A stretch of 64,000 bases of DNA from Fibrobacteria bacterium (GTDB taxonomy: Bacteria > Fibrobacterota > Fibrobacteria > UBA11236 > JADFYW01), in assembly GCA_050294405.1 (NCBI GenBank), contig JBNKOC010000012.1, positions 192,001 to 256,000 on the forward strand, given 5' to 3'. The position numbers and the translations under genes were made by a program. Shown here in pieces: positions 9,399-18,284 of the stretch. Numbering within the stretch: position 1 is the first letter of the stretch; each line of letters opens with the position of its first letter. The notes beneath the pieces were generated by a model, which worked only from the letters and a program-made list of their open reading frames with translations, made no database searches and was not told the origin of the DNA.

Positions 9399-11240
9399 TT
9401 GATGGGAAAAGCGGCAGAAGGAATACGGAATATTTTGGAAAAATCCCCTAAAATTTTGGTGAAAACTCAGTTTTTGGATCTCGATTTACCCAATGGCTTT
9501 CCTCTTAAGCACGGGGGAAACTTAAAAGAAATTAAAGTGGCTTATGAAAGTTATGGAGAATTAAACTCCAATAAGGATAACGTCATATTTGTATGTACTC
9601 CATTAACCATGGATGCCCACGCAGCGGGTTGGCATTCGGAAGAGGACAAATACCCTGGTTGGTGGGACGAAATGATTGGTCCCAATAAAGCTTTAGATAC
9701 CAATAAATACCAGGTGATTGTCACCAATATGTTAGGAGGCTGCCAAGGTACAACCGGGCCAGCTTCCATTAATCCCGATACGGGTAAGCCCTACGGGTCT
9801 TCCTTTCCCCGGATTTCCATTGAAGATATTGTGGAGGTGCAATATCAATTTTTACGCCAATTGGGAATTGAATCCTTGGCCGCTGTAATTGGCGGTAGCC
9901 TGGGGGGAATGCAGGCATTGCAGTGGTCTGTGGCCCATCCCGACATCGTGGGTAAATGTATATGTGTTGCTGCCGCTCCCCATTTAAGTCCCCAAGCTTT
10001 AGGCTTTGAAATAGTGGGACGCTCTGTATTGCAAAACGATAAAAATTTTTCCGGGGGAGATTATTATTCCGGCGACAAACCGGACAAAGGATTAACATTT
10101 GCCCGCATGGTGGGGTTAATAACATATCTTTCCGCCGATTCCATGCACAGTAAATTTGGCCGCAAGCGCAGAGATGGTTATAACCCAAATGCCTTTGAAA
10201 CGGGTTATGAAGTGGAGAGTTACTTAAGTTACAATGGCCGAAAATTTTGCGAACGCTTTGATGCCAACTCCTACTTACATATTACCTATGCCATGGATAC
10301 CTTTGATTTGGAAGAGAGTTTTGGCTCTCTGGAAAAGGCCTTTGAAAACGTAAAATCTGAATTTTTAATTGTGGCTCTTTCTTCGGATTGGCTTTTCCCG
10401 CCGGAGCAATCCCGCGCCATGTGCCAGTCCTTATTAAAGCTGGGTAAAATTGCCTCTTTTCTGGAACTAAACTCTCCCTACGGCCATGATGCCTTTTTGC
10501 TGGAAGTGGGACATTTATCTCAGGTGATTCACGGTTTTCTCAATAAAAGCCACGATGGATTAATTATTCCTGAGGGGCAAAAAAAGTCGGAAAAGGCTGA
10601 GAAAATGGTTCCTGAAGAACCTGTATTGTACCAGTATTTTGATAGCAAACCGGTTATTGGAAATATGCTGGAGGCCAAAAGTCACATTCTGGATATTGGT
10701 TCTGGTAAAGGGGAGCTTATTGATTACCTGTACCAGGAAAAAGGAATTACAGGTTTTGGAGTGGAAATTAATCTGGAAAATACTATCAGTACTTTGGAAA
10801 AAAATGTCCCGGTAGTACATGGGGATGTGGATAACGGCCTTTCTCTGTTTGCTGACAATTCCTTTGATTACGCCATTTTAGATAGAACCATGCAAATGCT
10901 CAAACGGCCCGAATTTGTTCTGAAAGAAATTTTAAGAGTGGCTGAAAAGGGCATTATTGTTTTTCCCAACTTTGGAAATATTAAAAACAGGGTACATATT
11001 GCCCTAAATGGAGTGATGCCAACCACTGAGGGGCTTCCCTTTAATTGGTGGGAATCCCCCAATATTCATATGTTTACCTACAAAGATTTTTACCGTCTTT
11101 GCCGAAACCTCCATATTAAAGTCGAGGAGAGCCATGCCTTTGGCCGAGGAACCTTGAATCAGGGGCTGCTTTCTTTAAAATTAAAGAATTTAGGGGCGGA
11201 AATAGTGGTGGTGAAAATTTCTAGAGCTTCGGGTTTTTAA
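9399..11240 (+). CDS. metX: Homoserine O-acetyltransferase MetX fused to a MetW-like methyltransferase domain
   Basis: GCQGTTGP, GGSLGGMQ, RFDANSY, GHDAFLLE, then LDIGSGKG, FPNFG, PNIHMFTYKDF (MetW); start may be ATG 9402. Confidence 0.9.
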   Translation: MMGKAAEGIRNILEKSPKILVKTQFLDLDLPNGFPLKHGGNLKEIKVAYESYGELNSNKDNVIFVCTPLTMDAHAAGWHSEEDKYPGWWDEMIGPNKALDTNKYQVIVTNMLGGCQGTTGPASINPDTGKPYGSSFPRISIEDIVEVQYQFLRQLGIESLAAVIGGSLGGMQALQWSVAHPDIVGKCICVAAAPHLSPQALGFEIVGRSVLQNDKNFSGGDYYSGDKPDKGLTFARMVGLITYLSADSMHSKFGRKRRDGYNPNAFETGYEVESYLSYNGRKFCERFDANSYLHITYAMDTFDLEESFGSLEKAFENVKSEFLIVALSSDWLFPPEQSRAMCQSLLKLGKIASFLELNSPYGHDAFLLEVGHLSQVIHGFLNKSHDGLIIPEGQKKSEKAEKMVPEEPVLYQYFDSKPVIGNMLEAKSHILDIGSGKGELIDYLYQEKGITGFGVEINLENTISTLEKNVPVVHGDVDNGLSLFADNSFDYAILDRTMQMLKRPEFVLKEILRVAEKGIIVFPNFGNIKNRVHIALNGVMPTTEGLPFNWWESPNIHMFTYKDFYRLCRNLHIKVEESHAFGRGTLNQGLLSLKLKNLGAEIVVVKISRASGF

Positions 11241-11353
11241 TCCGCAAACTGCTCTAGTAAATAACTCTGTCCGTAACGCTCTATTTGAGGGGTTTCCCTA
11301 AAAAAAGGATATTTTCTTATATTTTTTATCCTTATCAGGAGGGTAGAAAACTT

Positions 11354-12403
11354 ATGGCAACTGCGGCAAACAAGGGAGACTTTGTCTCCTCCATGGAAAA
11401 AAAAGTATTGTCCGGCGCTTCCATTGAATTTGATGAAGCTGTAGAGCTAATCCAGTTAACCGGGGCAGACCGATTGCAATTATTTGCCAGTGCCCATAGA
11501 ATTCGGGAGGCCTATTGCGGAAACGAAGTTCATTTGTGCGGCATTGTAAATGCAAAGAGCGGGGCTTGTTCTGAAAATTGCAACTTTTGCTCTCAGTCTG
11601 CAGCCCATGACACTAACATCCCCACATATAGTCTTTTGGATTCGGATTCCATATTAGAAGCTTCAGATACAGCCGCGAAAAATGGGGCCTCGGCTTTTGG
11701 TATTGTTACTGCCTGGCGTGGTATAAAAAAGGGCCGTGGATTAGACCAAATTTGCGAGGCTATTCAAAAAATTAAAAATGCCGGAAAAATTGTTCCCGAT
11801 TTAAGTTTAGGTCTTATTGAAGATCCTGATGTGGCCCAGGCCCTGGCAGATGCCGGTGCGGTGGAATACAACCATAACCTGGAAGCAGGCCCCTCTTTTT
11901 TTCCCAATATATGCACTACTCACAAGTTTGAAGACAGAGTTAAAACCATACAATATGTTAAGGCCGCGGGAATGAAAGTTTGCAGTGGCGGTATTTTTGG
12001 GTTGGGAGAAACTCCGGCTCAAAGAGTAGAGCTTGGTTTTGAATTGAAAAAGCTGGATGTTAAAACCACGCCTCTTAATTTTTACCATCACACCGAGGGA
12101 AATAATGTGGACTTGGCAAAATTGAAAAAGATCTCCCCTTTGGAGGCCCTGCAAATTGTAAGTGTGTTTCGTTTTATTCTTCCCGGAAACGTTTTAAAAA
12201 TTGCTGGGGGACGAGAGTCCACTTTAGGAGAGTTCCAAAGCATGATGTTTTTAACCGGGGCCAATAGCACCATGGTTGGGCATTATTTAACTACTTCTGG
12301 CAGGCAGCCAGCGGATGATTTGGCCCTTATCGAAGAAAGTGGCTTGGTTTTAAGCGAACATGGATGTTCTGTTCCCGAGGCCGAAGTGGTAATGGCAAAA
12401 TAA
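11354..12403 (+). CDS. bioB: Biotin synthase
   Basis: NAKSGACSENCNFCSQS radical-SAM motif, YNHNLE, CSGGIFGLGE; ATG 11354 after GGAGG. Confidence 0.95.
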   Translation: MATAANKGDFVSSMEKKVLSGASIEFDEAVELIQLTGADRLQLFASAHRIREAYCGNEVHLCGIVNAKSGACSENCNFCSQSAAHDTNIPTYSLLDSDSILEASDTAAKNGASAFGIVTAWRGIKKGRGLDQICEAIQKIKNAGKIVPDLSLGLIEDPDVAQALADAGAVEYNHNLEAGPSFFPNICTTHKFEDRVKTIQYVKAAGMKVCSGGIFGLGETPAQRVELGFELKKLDVKTTPLNFYHHTEGNNVDLAKLKKISPLEALQIVSVFRFILPGNVLKIAGGRESTLGEFQSMMFLTGANSTMVGHYLTTSGRQPADDLALIEESGLVLSEHGCSVPEAEVVMAK

Positions 12404-12405
12404 TT

Positions 12406-13032
12406 ATGATTGCTATTGTTGATTATGAGGCTGGAAATTTAACTTCGGTCCAACTAGCTCTGAATGAAATTGGCTTTCCGGGGGTAATTACTTCCGATAG
12501 GGAAATGATTTTAAACGCTGAGCGGGTGATTTTTCCTGGAGTCGGAGCGGCAGGTGCATGTATGTTTAACATACATATTCGCAATTTGCAAAATATTTTA
12601 AAAGAGTTTCTAGAAACCAAAAAACCATTTTTGGGGATTTGTGTAGGGGCCCAAATTGTTCTGGATTCCAGTTTGGAAAATGACAATACCTCCTGTTTGG
12701 GTTTTATAAGCGGCACCACAGGGAAGTTCGAGTCTACGCCTCAATTTCCCATTAAGGTTCCGCAAATTGGTTGGAACCAGGTAGAAGTGATTAAGGATAA
12801 CCCTTTGTTCACTAACATTCCTCAAAATTCAGATTTTTATTTTGTGCATAGCTACTACCCAATCCCCACAAATAAAGAGAATTGTTTTGCCAGTACCCAA
12901 TATGGCAATACCAAATTCACATCGGTTATTGGAAAAGAGAATTTATTAGCTTGCCAGTTTCACCCCGAAAAATCGGGCAAATACGGTTTGCAATTGCTTA
13001 AAAATTTTTGCGAATGGAATGGGAACTGGTAA
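12406..13032 (+). CDS. hisH: Imidazole glycerol phosphate synthase glutaminase subunit
   Basis: DYEAGNL, FPGVG, GICVG, FYFVHSY, QFHPEKS. Confidence 0.95.
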   Translation: MIAIVDYEAGNLTSVQLALNEIGFPGVITSDREMILNAERVIFPGVGAAGACMFNIHIRNLQNILKEFLETKKPFLGICVGAQIVLDSSLENDNTSCLGFISGTTGKFESTPQFPIKVPQIGWNQVEVIKDNPLFTNIPQNSDFYFVHSYYPIPTNKENCFASTQYGNTKFTSVIGKENLLACQFHPEKSGKYGLQLLKNFCEWNGNW

Positions 13033-13033
13033 T

Positions 13034-13810
13034 ATGCTGACAAAAAGAGTTATTGTTTGCCTGGATGTTCGCAACAGAAAAGTCACCAAAGGCGTTCAAT
13101 TTAAAGGCAATGAAGATTTAGGCGATCCTGTGGAAATGGGCCAGCAGTATTATTTGGATGGCGTTGATGAATTGGTTTTTTACGATATTATGGCTTCTGC
13201 CGAAAAACGTCCTATAGACATTGAAATGGTTCGCGATGTGGCCAAAAATGTATTTATTCCCTTTTCGGTGGGAGGTGGTATTCGCAACTTAGAAGATATG
13301 CGACAGGTACTGCTTGCCGGCGCGGAAAAGGTGAGTCTTAATTCTTTGGCGGTTCAAAACCCCGGTATTATTGCCGAGGGAGCTAAAGCTTTTGGCAACC
13401 AATGTATTGTACTGGGAATGGATGTTAAAAAAGTAGATGTATCCTCTGAAATACCTTCGGGCTATGAAGTGTACATTCAAGGCGGACGCAAGCCCATGGG
13501 CCTGGATGCGCTTGGCTGGGCTAAAAAAGCAGTGGATTTGGGAGCAGGAGAAATTTGTTTAAATGCAATTGATACGGATGGTGTTAAAAAAGGCTATGAA
13601 CTCAATATCACTAAAATGATTTCAGAAGCCGTGGCTGTTCCTGTTATTGCTTCGGGAGGGGCTGGCGCACCTCGGCATTTGGCGGAAGTATTTGAGAAGG
13701 CTAATGCAGATGCCGCATTAATTGCTTCTATGGTTCATTATGGAACCTATAGCATTGCCCAAATCAAAGAGGAGTTAATAAACGCAAATATTCCAATCCG
13801 AAAAACTTAA
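13034..13810 (+). CDS. hisF: Imidazole glycerol phosphate synthase cyclase subunit
   Basis: KRVIVCLDV, GDPVE, VGGGI, IASGGAG. Confidence 0.96.
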   Translation: MLTKRVIVCLDVRNRKVTKGVQFKGNEDLGDPVEMGQQYYLDGVDELVFYDIMASAEKRPIDIEMVRDVAKNVFIPFSVGGGIRNLEDMRQVLLAGAEKVSLNSLAVQNPGIIAEGAKAFGNQCIVLGMDVKKVDVSSEIPSGYEVYIQGGRKPMGLDALGWAKKAVDLGAGEICLNAIDTDGVKKGYELNITKMISEAVAVPVIASGGAGAPRHLAEVFEKANADAALIASMVHYGTYSIAQIKEELINANIPIRKT

Positions 13811-13833
13811 AATCGTTTGGCGCAGTTAATAAA

Positions 13834-13942
13834 GGGACCCCTAAAAATTGATGTTCGTGACATCAGACGAGGCGTCTGAAGAGGAACCGAAGCGGAACGC
13901 GAGCTTGAAGGAGCCAAGCGACGCCCCATTTTTAGAGGACCC
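13834..13942. mobile_element. 109-bp MITE-like / palindromic dispersed repeat
   Basis: Imperfect 15-bp TIRs GGGACCCCTAAAAAT / ATTTTTAGAGGACCC (13/15); 13842-13926 matches the reverse complement of 45533-45617 at 81/85. Confidence 0.75.
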
Positions 13943-13943
13943 C

Positions 13944-13976
13944 AAAAAAAAGCCTCCCTTATGGGAGGCTTTTTTT
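13944..13976. terminator. Bidirectional rho-independent terminator between hisF and the sugar dehydrogenase gene
   Basis: A-tract, GCCTCCC-TTAT-GGGAGGC hairpin, T-tract between convergent genes. Confidence 0.9.
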
Positions 13977-13994
13977 AGAATGCTTAAAGTTTTC

Positions 13995-15728
13995 TTAGAA
14001 TCCAGTAATTCTTTTTTGGCTCCCACCTTCGCTGGTGGTAAACTGAGCAATCAAGACTCCGCTATGTTTGGGAACTGCTAATCTGGCAGGACCTTCAATG
14101 GATTGGCCGGATATGAGTTTGCCGCTAATATCTCTGAAAGCGATTTCCACTTTAATTGCTTTTGTAAACTCAATGTAACCTGTGGAAAATTGAATCCCCA
14201 AATCTTTCGGCTTCCTAAAAGTAATACTGCTGGAAGGCGTTTTACAAGCAGCGGGGTTGTCAAATTCGGCGCCTTCGTCATATTCCCTAAAGCTAGGATC
14301 TTTACATCCTGAACGGGCAGGTTGTAAGTTGGGGTCTTCGCAATCACCGTTATAACCAATTCTGATAATTCCAGAGCAATCATCGGTGGTATACCAGGTA
14401 CCGCAGCTGTGTTGCAATACATATAAAGCACCATCGGGTCCCACCTGAAAATCGATAATTTTAGAAAAAGGATTGTTTTGGAAAAGGGTTACAGGATTTC
14501 CCTGAATACCACCGTTTTCTGTAACGGAAATGGCTCTAATCCAGTTTTGCTGAAAGTCGGATACCAACCATTTGTTATTGAAATGTGGGGGCAATTTACG
14601 AGAGGAAGAGTTGGAACCATCATAACGATAAATTGGGCCAGACATAGCGCAGGAGTGGGCGTAGTTGTAAGTGCCTGGAACCACCGGCATCAATTTTTCA
14701 ATGCTGCCTGATTGGTTGTCTGTGTTAGTGGGTGCGTTGGCAGGAATGCCTGCTCCCCAATAGGATTCATTCCCTGTTCCATAAGCTACATCAGGCATAT
14801 AATAGCTAACAGCAGCGTAGTAGGGCCAGCCCAAAAAGCCAGGTTCAGTAACTATGGTATGTTCCTCAGTCCAACGGCCCTGGTCTGTTTGGTTACCACT
14901 TTCTGTATCGGGTCCGCAGTCACCATACATAGCCCATTGGCGAACAGGGTCCAAAGTTAGGGTATAAGCGTTACGGGTGCCCATAGCATAAATTTCGCGT
15001 TTCATTTTATTTTCATCGCGGTATTCATCGGCAGTGGCATTGTCGCCTTGTCCTTCAAAATGAGCCGCAGCGAATTCCCAGAGGTTGCCATCAGGAATAG
15101 TATAACTTCCATCTGGTTCGGGGTGGATTCTTAAGATACCACCGCGCATATCAGCAGTACTGGCTGGGCCTTTTCTCATTTGTTCGTTGTCACCCACAGT
15201 GACCCAAAGGTTGCCATAATCGTCAAAACGCATGCTACCGGAGGTATGCCAGCGTCCGCGGGAACTGGGGATTTTAATCATAACCACTTCGTTACCCAAT
15301 TGACCGTTGTTAAGGGTTAAACGGGAAATACGATAGCCATCTTGTGTATGGCTATAATAAACATAGAGGTGGTTGTCTTCTTTAAAAGTAGGAGACAGAG
15401 CTATTCCAATAAGCCCATCTTCCTGTTTTCCATTATCCCAATGGGAATCTACGCTGCCAATTTCAGATATTGCGCCAGATCCACCATCGTATTTTTTAAT
15501 TTCGCCAGTTTGCTGAGTAAAATAAATGTCCACATTGCCATCATCCCGCGCTAAAAAGTCCATTTTAATGGGCTTGTTCAAGCTTTGGTCGGTTTCTTGA
15601 CTGATAATGTGGTCAAAGCTAAAGTTATTGTCCCTTGATCCAATTTCTGAACAACCATTGTATGTCAATTGTCCAAATGTCCATTGCGACAATAGCCCCA
15701 AAAAAGCCACAGTCCAAATTTTATTCAT
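13995..15728 (-). CDS. Secreted PQQ-dependent sugar (glucose/sorbosone) dehydrogenase family protein with C-terminal sorting-like domain
   Basis: Signal peptide; EDGLIGIALSPTF, GGILRIHP, IPDGN, EIYAMGTRN, GPDGALYVL; GCKDP...C linker; RDISGK tail; AGGAGG RBS. Confidence 0.8.
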   Translation of the reverse strand: MNKIWTVAFLGLLSQWTFGQLTYNGCSEIGSRDNNFSFDHIISQETDQSLNKPIKMDFLARDDGNVDIYFTQQTGEIKKYDGGSGAISEIGSVDSHWDNGKQEDGLIGIALSPTFKEDNHLYVYYSHTQDGYRISRLTLNNGQLGNEVVMIKIPSSRGRWHTSGSMRFDDYGNLWVTVGDNEQMRKGPASTADMRGGILRIHPEPDGSYTIPDGNLWEFAAAHFEGQGDNATADEYRDENKMKREIYAMGTRNAYTLTLDPVRQWAMYGDCGPDTESGNQTDQGRWTEEHTIVTEPGFLGWPYYAAVSYYMPDVAYGTGNESYWGAGIPANAPTNTDNQSGSIEKLMPVVPGTYNYAHSCAMSGPIYRYDGSNSSSRKLPPHFNNKWLVSDFQQNWIRAISVTENGGIQGNPVTLFQNNPFSKIIDFQVGPDGALYVLQHSCGTWYTTDDCSGIIRIGYNGDCEDPNLQPARSGCKDPSFREYDEGAEFDNPAACKTPSSSITFRKPKDLGIQFSTGYIEFTKAIKVEIAFRDISGKLISGQSIEGPARLAVPKHSGVLIAQFTTSEGGSQKRITGF

Positions 15729-15865
15729 TTCTTGCCTCCTGAAAAATCCAAAAGCCCGCCATTCGTGGTTTGGGTAAGTTTTGAATGCTGGCTTTTACTC
15801 CCCGTTACACCCGATACAAACCTATATAAAAATAGAGTTGTAGCATGGTTTTTCTTGTAATTTAG

Positions 15866-15891
15866 TGTCTAATAAATGTAAAAATTAGACA
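15866..15891. promoter_or_regulatory. Candidate transcription-factor operator
   Basis: Perfect inverted repeat TGTCTAAT-N10-ATTAGACA in a divergent intergenic region. Confidence 0.4.
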
Positions 15892-15946
15892 TCGCTATAA
15901 TTTACAAAATATAGTCCTTCTATTGAATTAGCTTTTAAAAAAATAC

Positions 15947-16083
15947 AAAAAAAGGAAACCCTGAGGACCTGGGCATATCCTACAGGGTTTCCCGAGTAAA
16001 AGCTTCTGAAAATGGAGAGGATCTCCAGAAGCTAAGCTTACTTCTTGGCAGGAATTTGGACAGAAATTGCAGCTTTCCTACCA
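15947..16083 (-). ncRNA. Candidate small RNA or attenuating leader (three hairpins ending in an intrinsic terminator)
   Basis: Stems 16046-54/16075-83, 16001-08/16026-33 and 15954-63/15983-92, followed by U7 on the minus strand; G-U pairs form only on the minus strand. Confidence 0.5.
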
Positions 16084-16212
16084 TATTGGATTTATAGTAT
16101 ATTCTAGTTTCAATTTTGGGGATTACTTGTAATTATCTGCTCAATATTTTGAGATTTAGGACGCTTACTTTCCCTGGGAAAAATATCCAATTAGCCTTAT
16201 GAGGGATGCCCC

Positions 16213-18276
16213 TTGGGAGCCAGCCAAAAAAAAGCCGAAAATTTCTTTAAAAATGCCTTATTAGTGGCTTTTTCCCTTGTTTTCTTTTATGGCTTTCTGG
16301 AAATTGGCGCCCGTTTTTTGATCTCTCCCTTAGAAAAAAAAAATGAGGATCCTTATGTGGGTTTTTCCGGAGGACAGCCTCTTTTTGTAAAAAAAGACGG
16401 TCTGAACGGGGAGTTTTATACAACTTCTCCAGCCAAGTTGAAGTTCTTTAACTCTCAAATTTTTCCGCAAAAAAAAGCTCCCAATACTATTAGGATTTTT
16501 TCCCTGGGGGGCTCAACTACTTATGGCCGACCTTTCAGGAATAAAACTTCCTTTTCGGGGTGGACTCAAAATTATTTATCCCACATGCTGCCCCATAAAA
16601 AAATTGAAGTGGTGAATGCAGGTGGCATCAGTTATGCCAGTTATCGGGTGGCGGAGTTAATGAAGGAGCTAATAAATTACCAACCCGATGTATTTGTAGT
16701 GTATACGGGGCACAACGAGTTTTTGGAACAGAGGACTTATGGCTCCTTAAAACAATTGCCCAAATGGCTGTTACAGGGTGATGAAAAATTAATGTCTTCC
16801 AGATTGTATAGTCTTGTTAAAAATAAAGTCTCCGAATTAAAGTCAAAGGGCCATCGCAAAAACGAAAAAAAGGCTAAGCTTCAGGGGGAAGTGCAAACCA
16901 TTTTGGATAATTCCATTGGTCCCAGTTCCTATTTTCGTGACGATACTTTGGCAAATCGGATTGCCCAGCATTATGAGCTTTCCGTAATGAGGATGGTGGA
17001 ATTGGCCAAATCGGTTGGAGCAAAAATATTATTTGTGAATACCCCCTCCAATATTAAAGACTGTGCTCCTTTTAAATCACAAACATCGCCGGGATTAAGC
17101 ATTCAGGATTCCCTTAGGGCTTCCAAACTTATGGAAAAGGCATTGGAGAAGCAAAACATGGGAGAATATCCAGCGGCTGGAGAATTATTGGAAGAAGCTT
17201 TGCAGTTGGACTCCCGGAATGCGCAGTTGTTATATGCCTATGGGAAAAATTTTTTGGAGCTTGGAGAATTCCAAAGGGCCAAAGAATTTTTAATTCGCGC
17301 CCGGGATGAGGATGTTTGCCCGTTAAGGGCGACAAGCTCTTTATTGGAGAAGCAAAAACAGATTTTTACTAAATACAAATTGCCTTATGTTCCCTGGTTG
17401 GAAATCTTGGAAAGAAAAGCTTTGGAGGAAACCGGTAAAGAAATTCTGGGCGAAGAATATTTTTTGGACCATGTACATCTAACCATGGAAAGCCATCGGC
17501 AATTGGCTTTGGAAATTATTTCGAAAATGGAAGAGCTAAACTGGCTCCCTTCCTTGGCTGAATTGGATAGTACAAAACACAATCAAATTCGGGACTCTTT
17601 ATTGGCGACTATTGATAAAAGAGAAATGGCCTTATCTTTAAATAACTTGGCCAAAGTATACAATTGGGCGGGAAAAATTGAAGATGCTGTGGGCATCGCT
17701 AAAAAAGCCCTGGAAATGGATACCAGCAACATAGAAACGGCCCAGGGCGCCTTGTTGGTAGGCACCGATTTCCATCGAAAAGAGAGTTTTGATTCAGCTC
17801 TTTTTTATTACAATCTGACTTTGCAAAAAGATTCCAATAACATGGAAGCCCGGCGCTTTAAAGCGATGGCCCTTCAAGGCCAGGATAAAACAGAAAAGGC
17901 CATTGAGGCTTTCGAGTGGGTTTTGCAATACAATCCTCAAGATGTGGAAATTCGGGAACTTTTAGCCCGCAGTTATTTAAAACAGAATAATTTGCCTGAG
18001 GCGCAAAAACAGTATGAAACGTTACTTAAGCTATCCCCTAATAACATAAGCTGGCTGTATACATTCGGACGGATTTTATATAACAAAGGAGATTTATCGG
18101 GTGCTAAAGCGAGTTGGTCCCGTTTGCTTTCTTTAAACCCAAATCATCGAGGGGCGAAAGAAGGGCTAAGTCAAATTAATGGAAGCAAGGGGCGAAATCC
18201 TTTCCAGAGAAAATTAACACCGGCCCAGCAAAAAGCTTTGCAGAACCTAAAAAGGCAATTGGGAAAAGCGCCTTAG
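16213..18276 (+). CDS. Membrane-anchored SGNH/GDSL hydrolase-like protein with TPR repeats
   Basis: N-terminal TM; LGGSTTYG, NAGGISYAS, YTGHNE, DHVH; multiple TPR-like helices. Confidence 0.8.
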   Translation: MGASQKKAENFFKNALLVAFSLVFFYGFLEIGARFLISPLEKKNEDPYVGFSGGQPLFVKKDGLNGEFYTTSPAKLKFFNSQIFPQKKAPNTIRIFSLGGSTTYGRPFRNKTSFSGWTQNYLSHMLPHKKIEVVNAGGISYASYRVAELMKELINYQPDVFVVYTGHNEFLEQRTYGSLKQLPKWLLQGDEKLMSSRLYSLVKNKVSELKSKGHRKNEKKAKLQGEVQTILDNSIGPSSYFRDDTLANRIAQHYELSVMRMVELAKSVGAKILFVNTPSNIKDCAPFKSQTSPGLSIQDSLRASKLMEKALEKQNMGEYPAAGELLEEALQLDSRNAQLLYAYGKNFLELGEFQRAKEFLIRARDEDVCPLRATSSLLEKQKQIFTKYKLPYVPWLEILERKALEETGKEILGEEYFLDHVHLTMESHRQLALEIISKMEELNWLPSLAELDSTKHNQIRDSLLATIDKREMALSLNNLAKVYNWAGKIEDAVGIAKKALEMDTSNIETAQGALLVGTDFHRKESFDSALFYYNLTLQKDSNNMEARRFKAMALQGQDKTEKAIEAFEWVLQYNPQDVEIRELLARSYLKQNNLPEAQKQYETLLKLSPNNISWLYTFGRILYNKGDLSGAKASWSRLLSLNPNHRGAKEGLSQINGSKGRNPFQRKLTPAQQKALQNLKRQLGKAP

Positions 18277-18284
18277 AGATGGCC

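Noticed and set aside
13841..14081. ORFs 13848-14081 (+) and 13841-14050 (-)
   Set aside because: They run through the repeat element and terminator and overlap the dehydrogenase 3' end; no RBS or recognisable domain
15947..16090. CsrA-sponge reading from several plus-strand GGA motifs, or a c-di-GMP riboswitch
   Set aside because: G-U pairs and the U-tract favour the minus strand; the characteristic c-di-GMP-I tetraloop/receptor pattern is not evident
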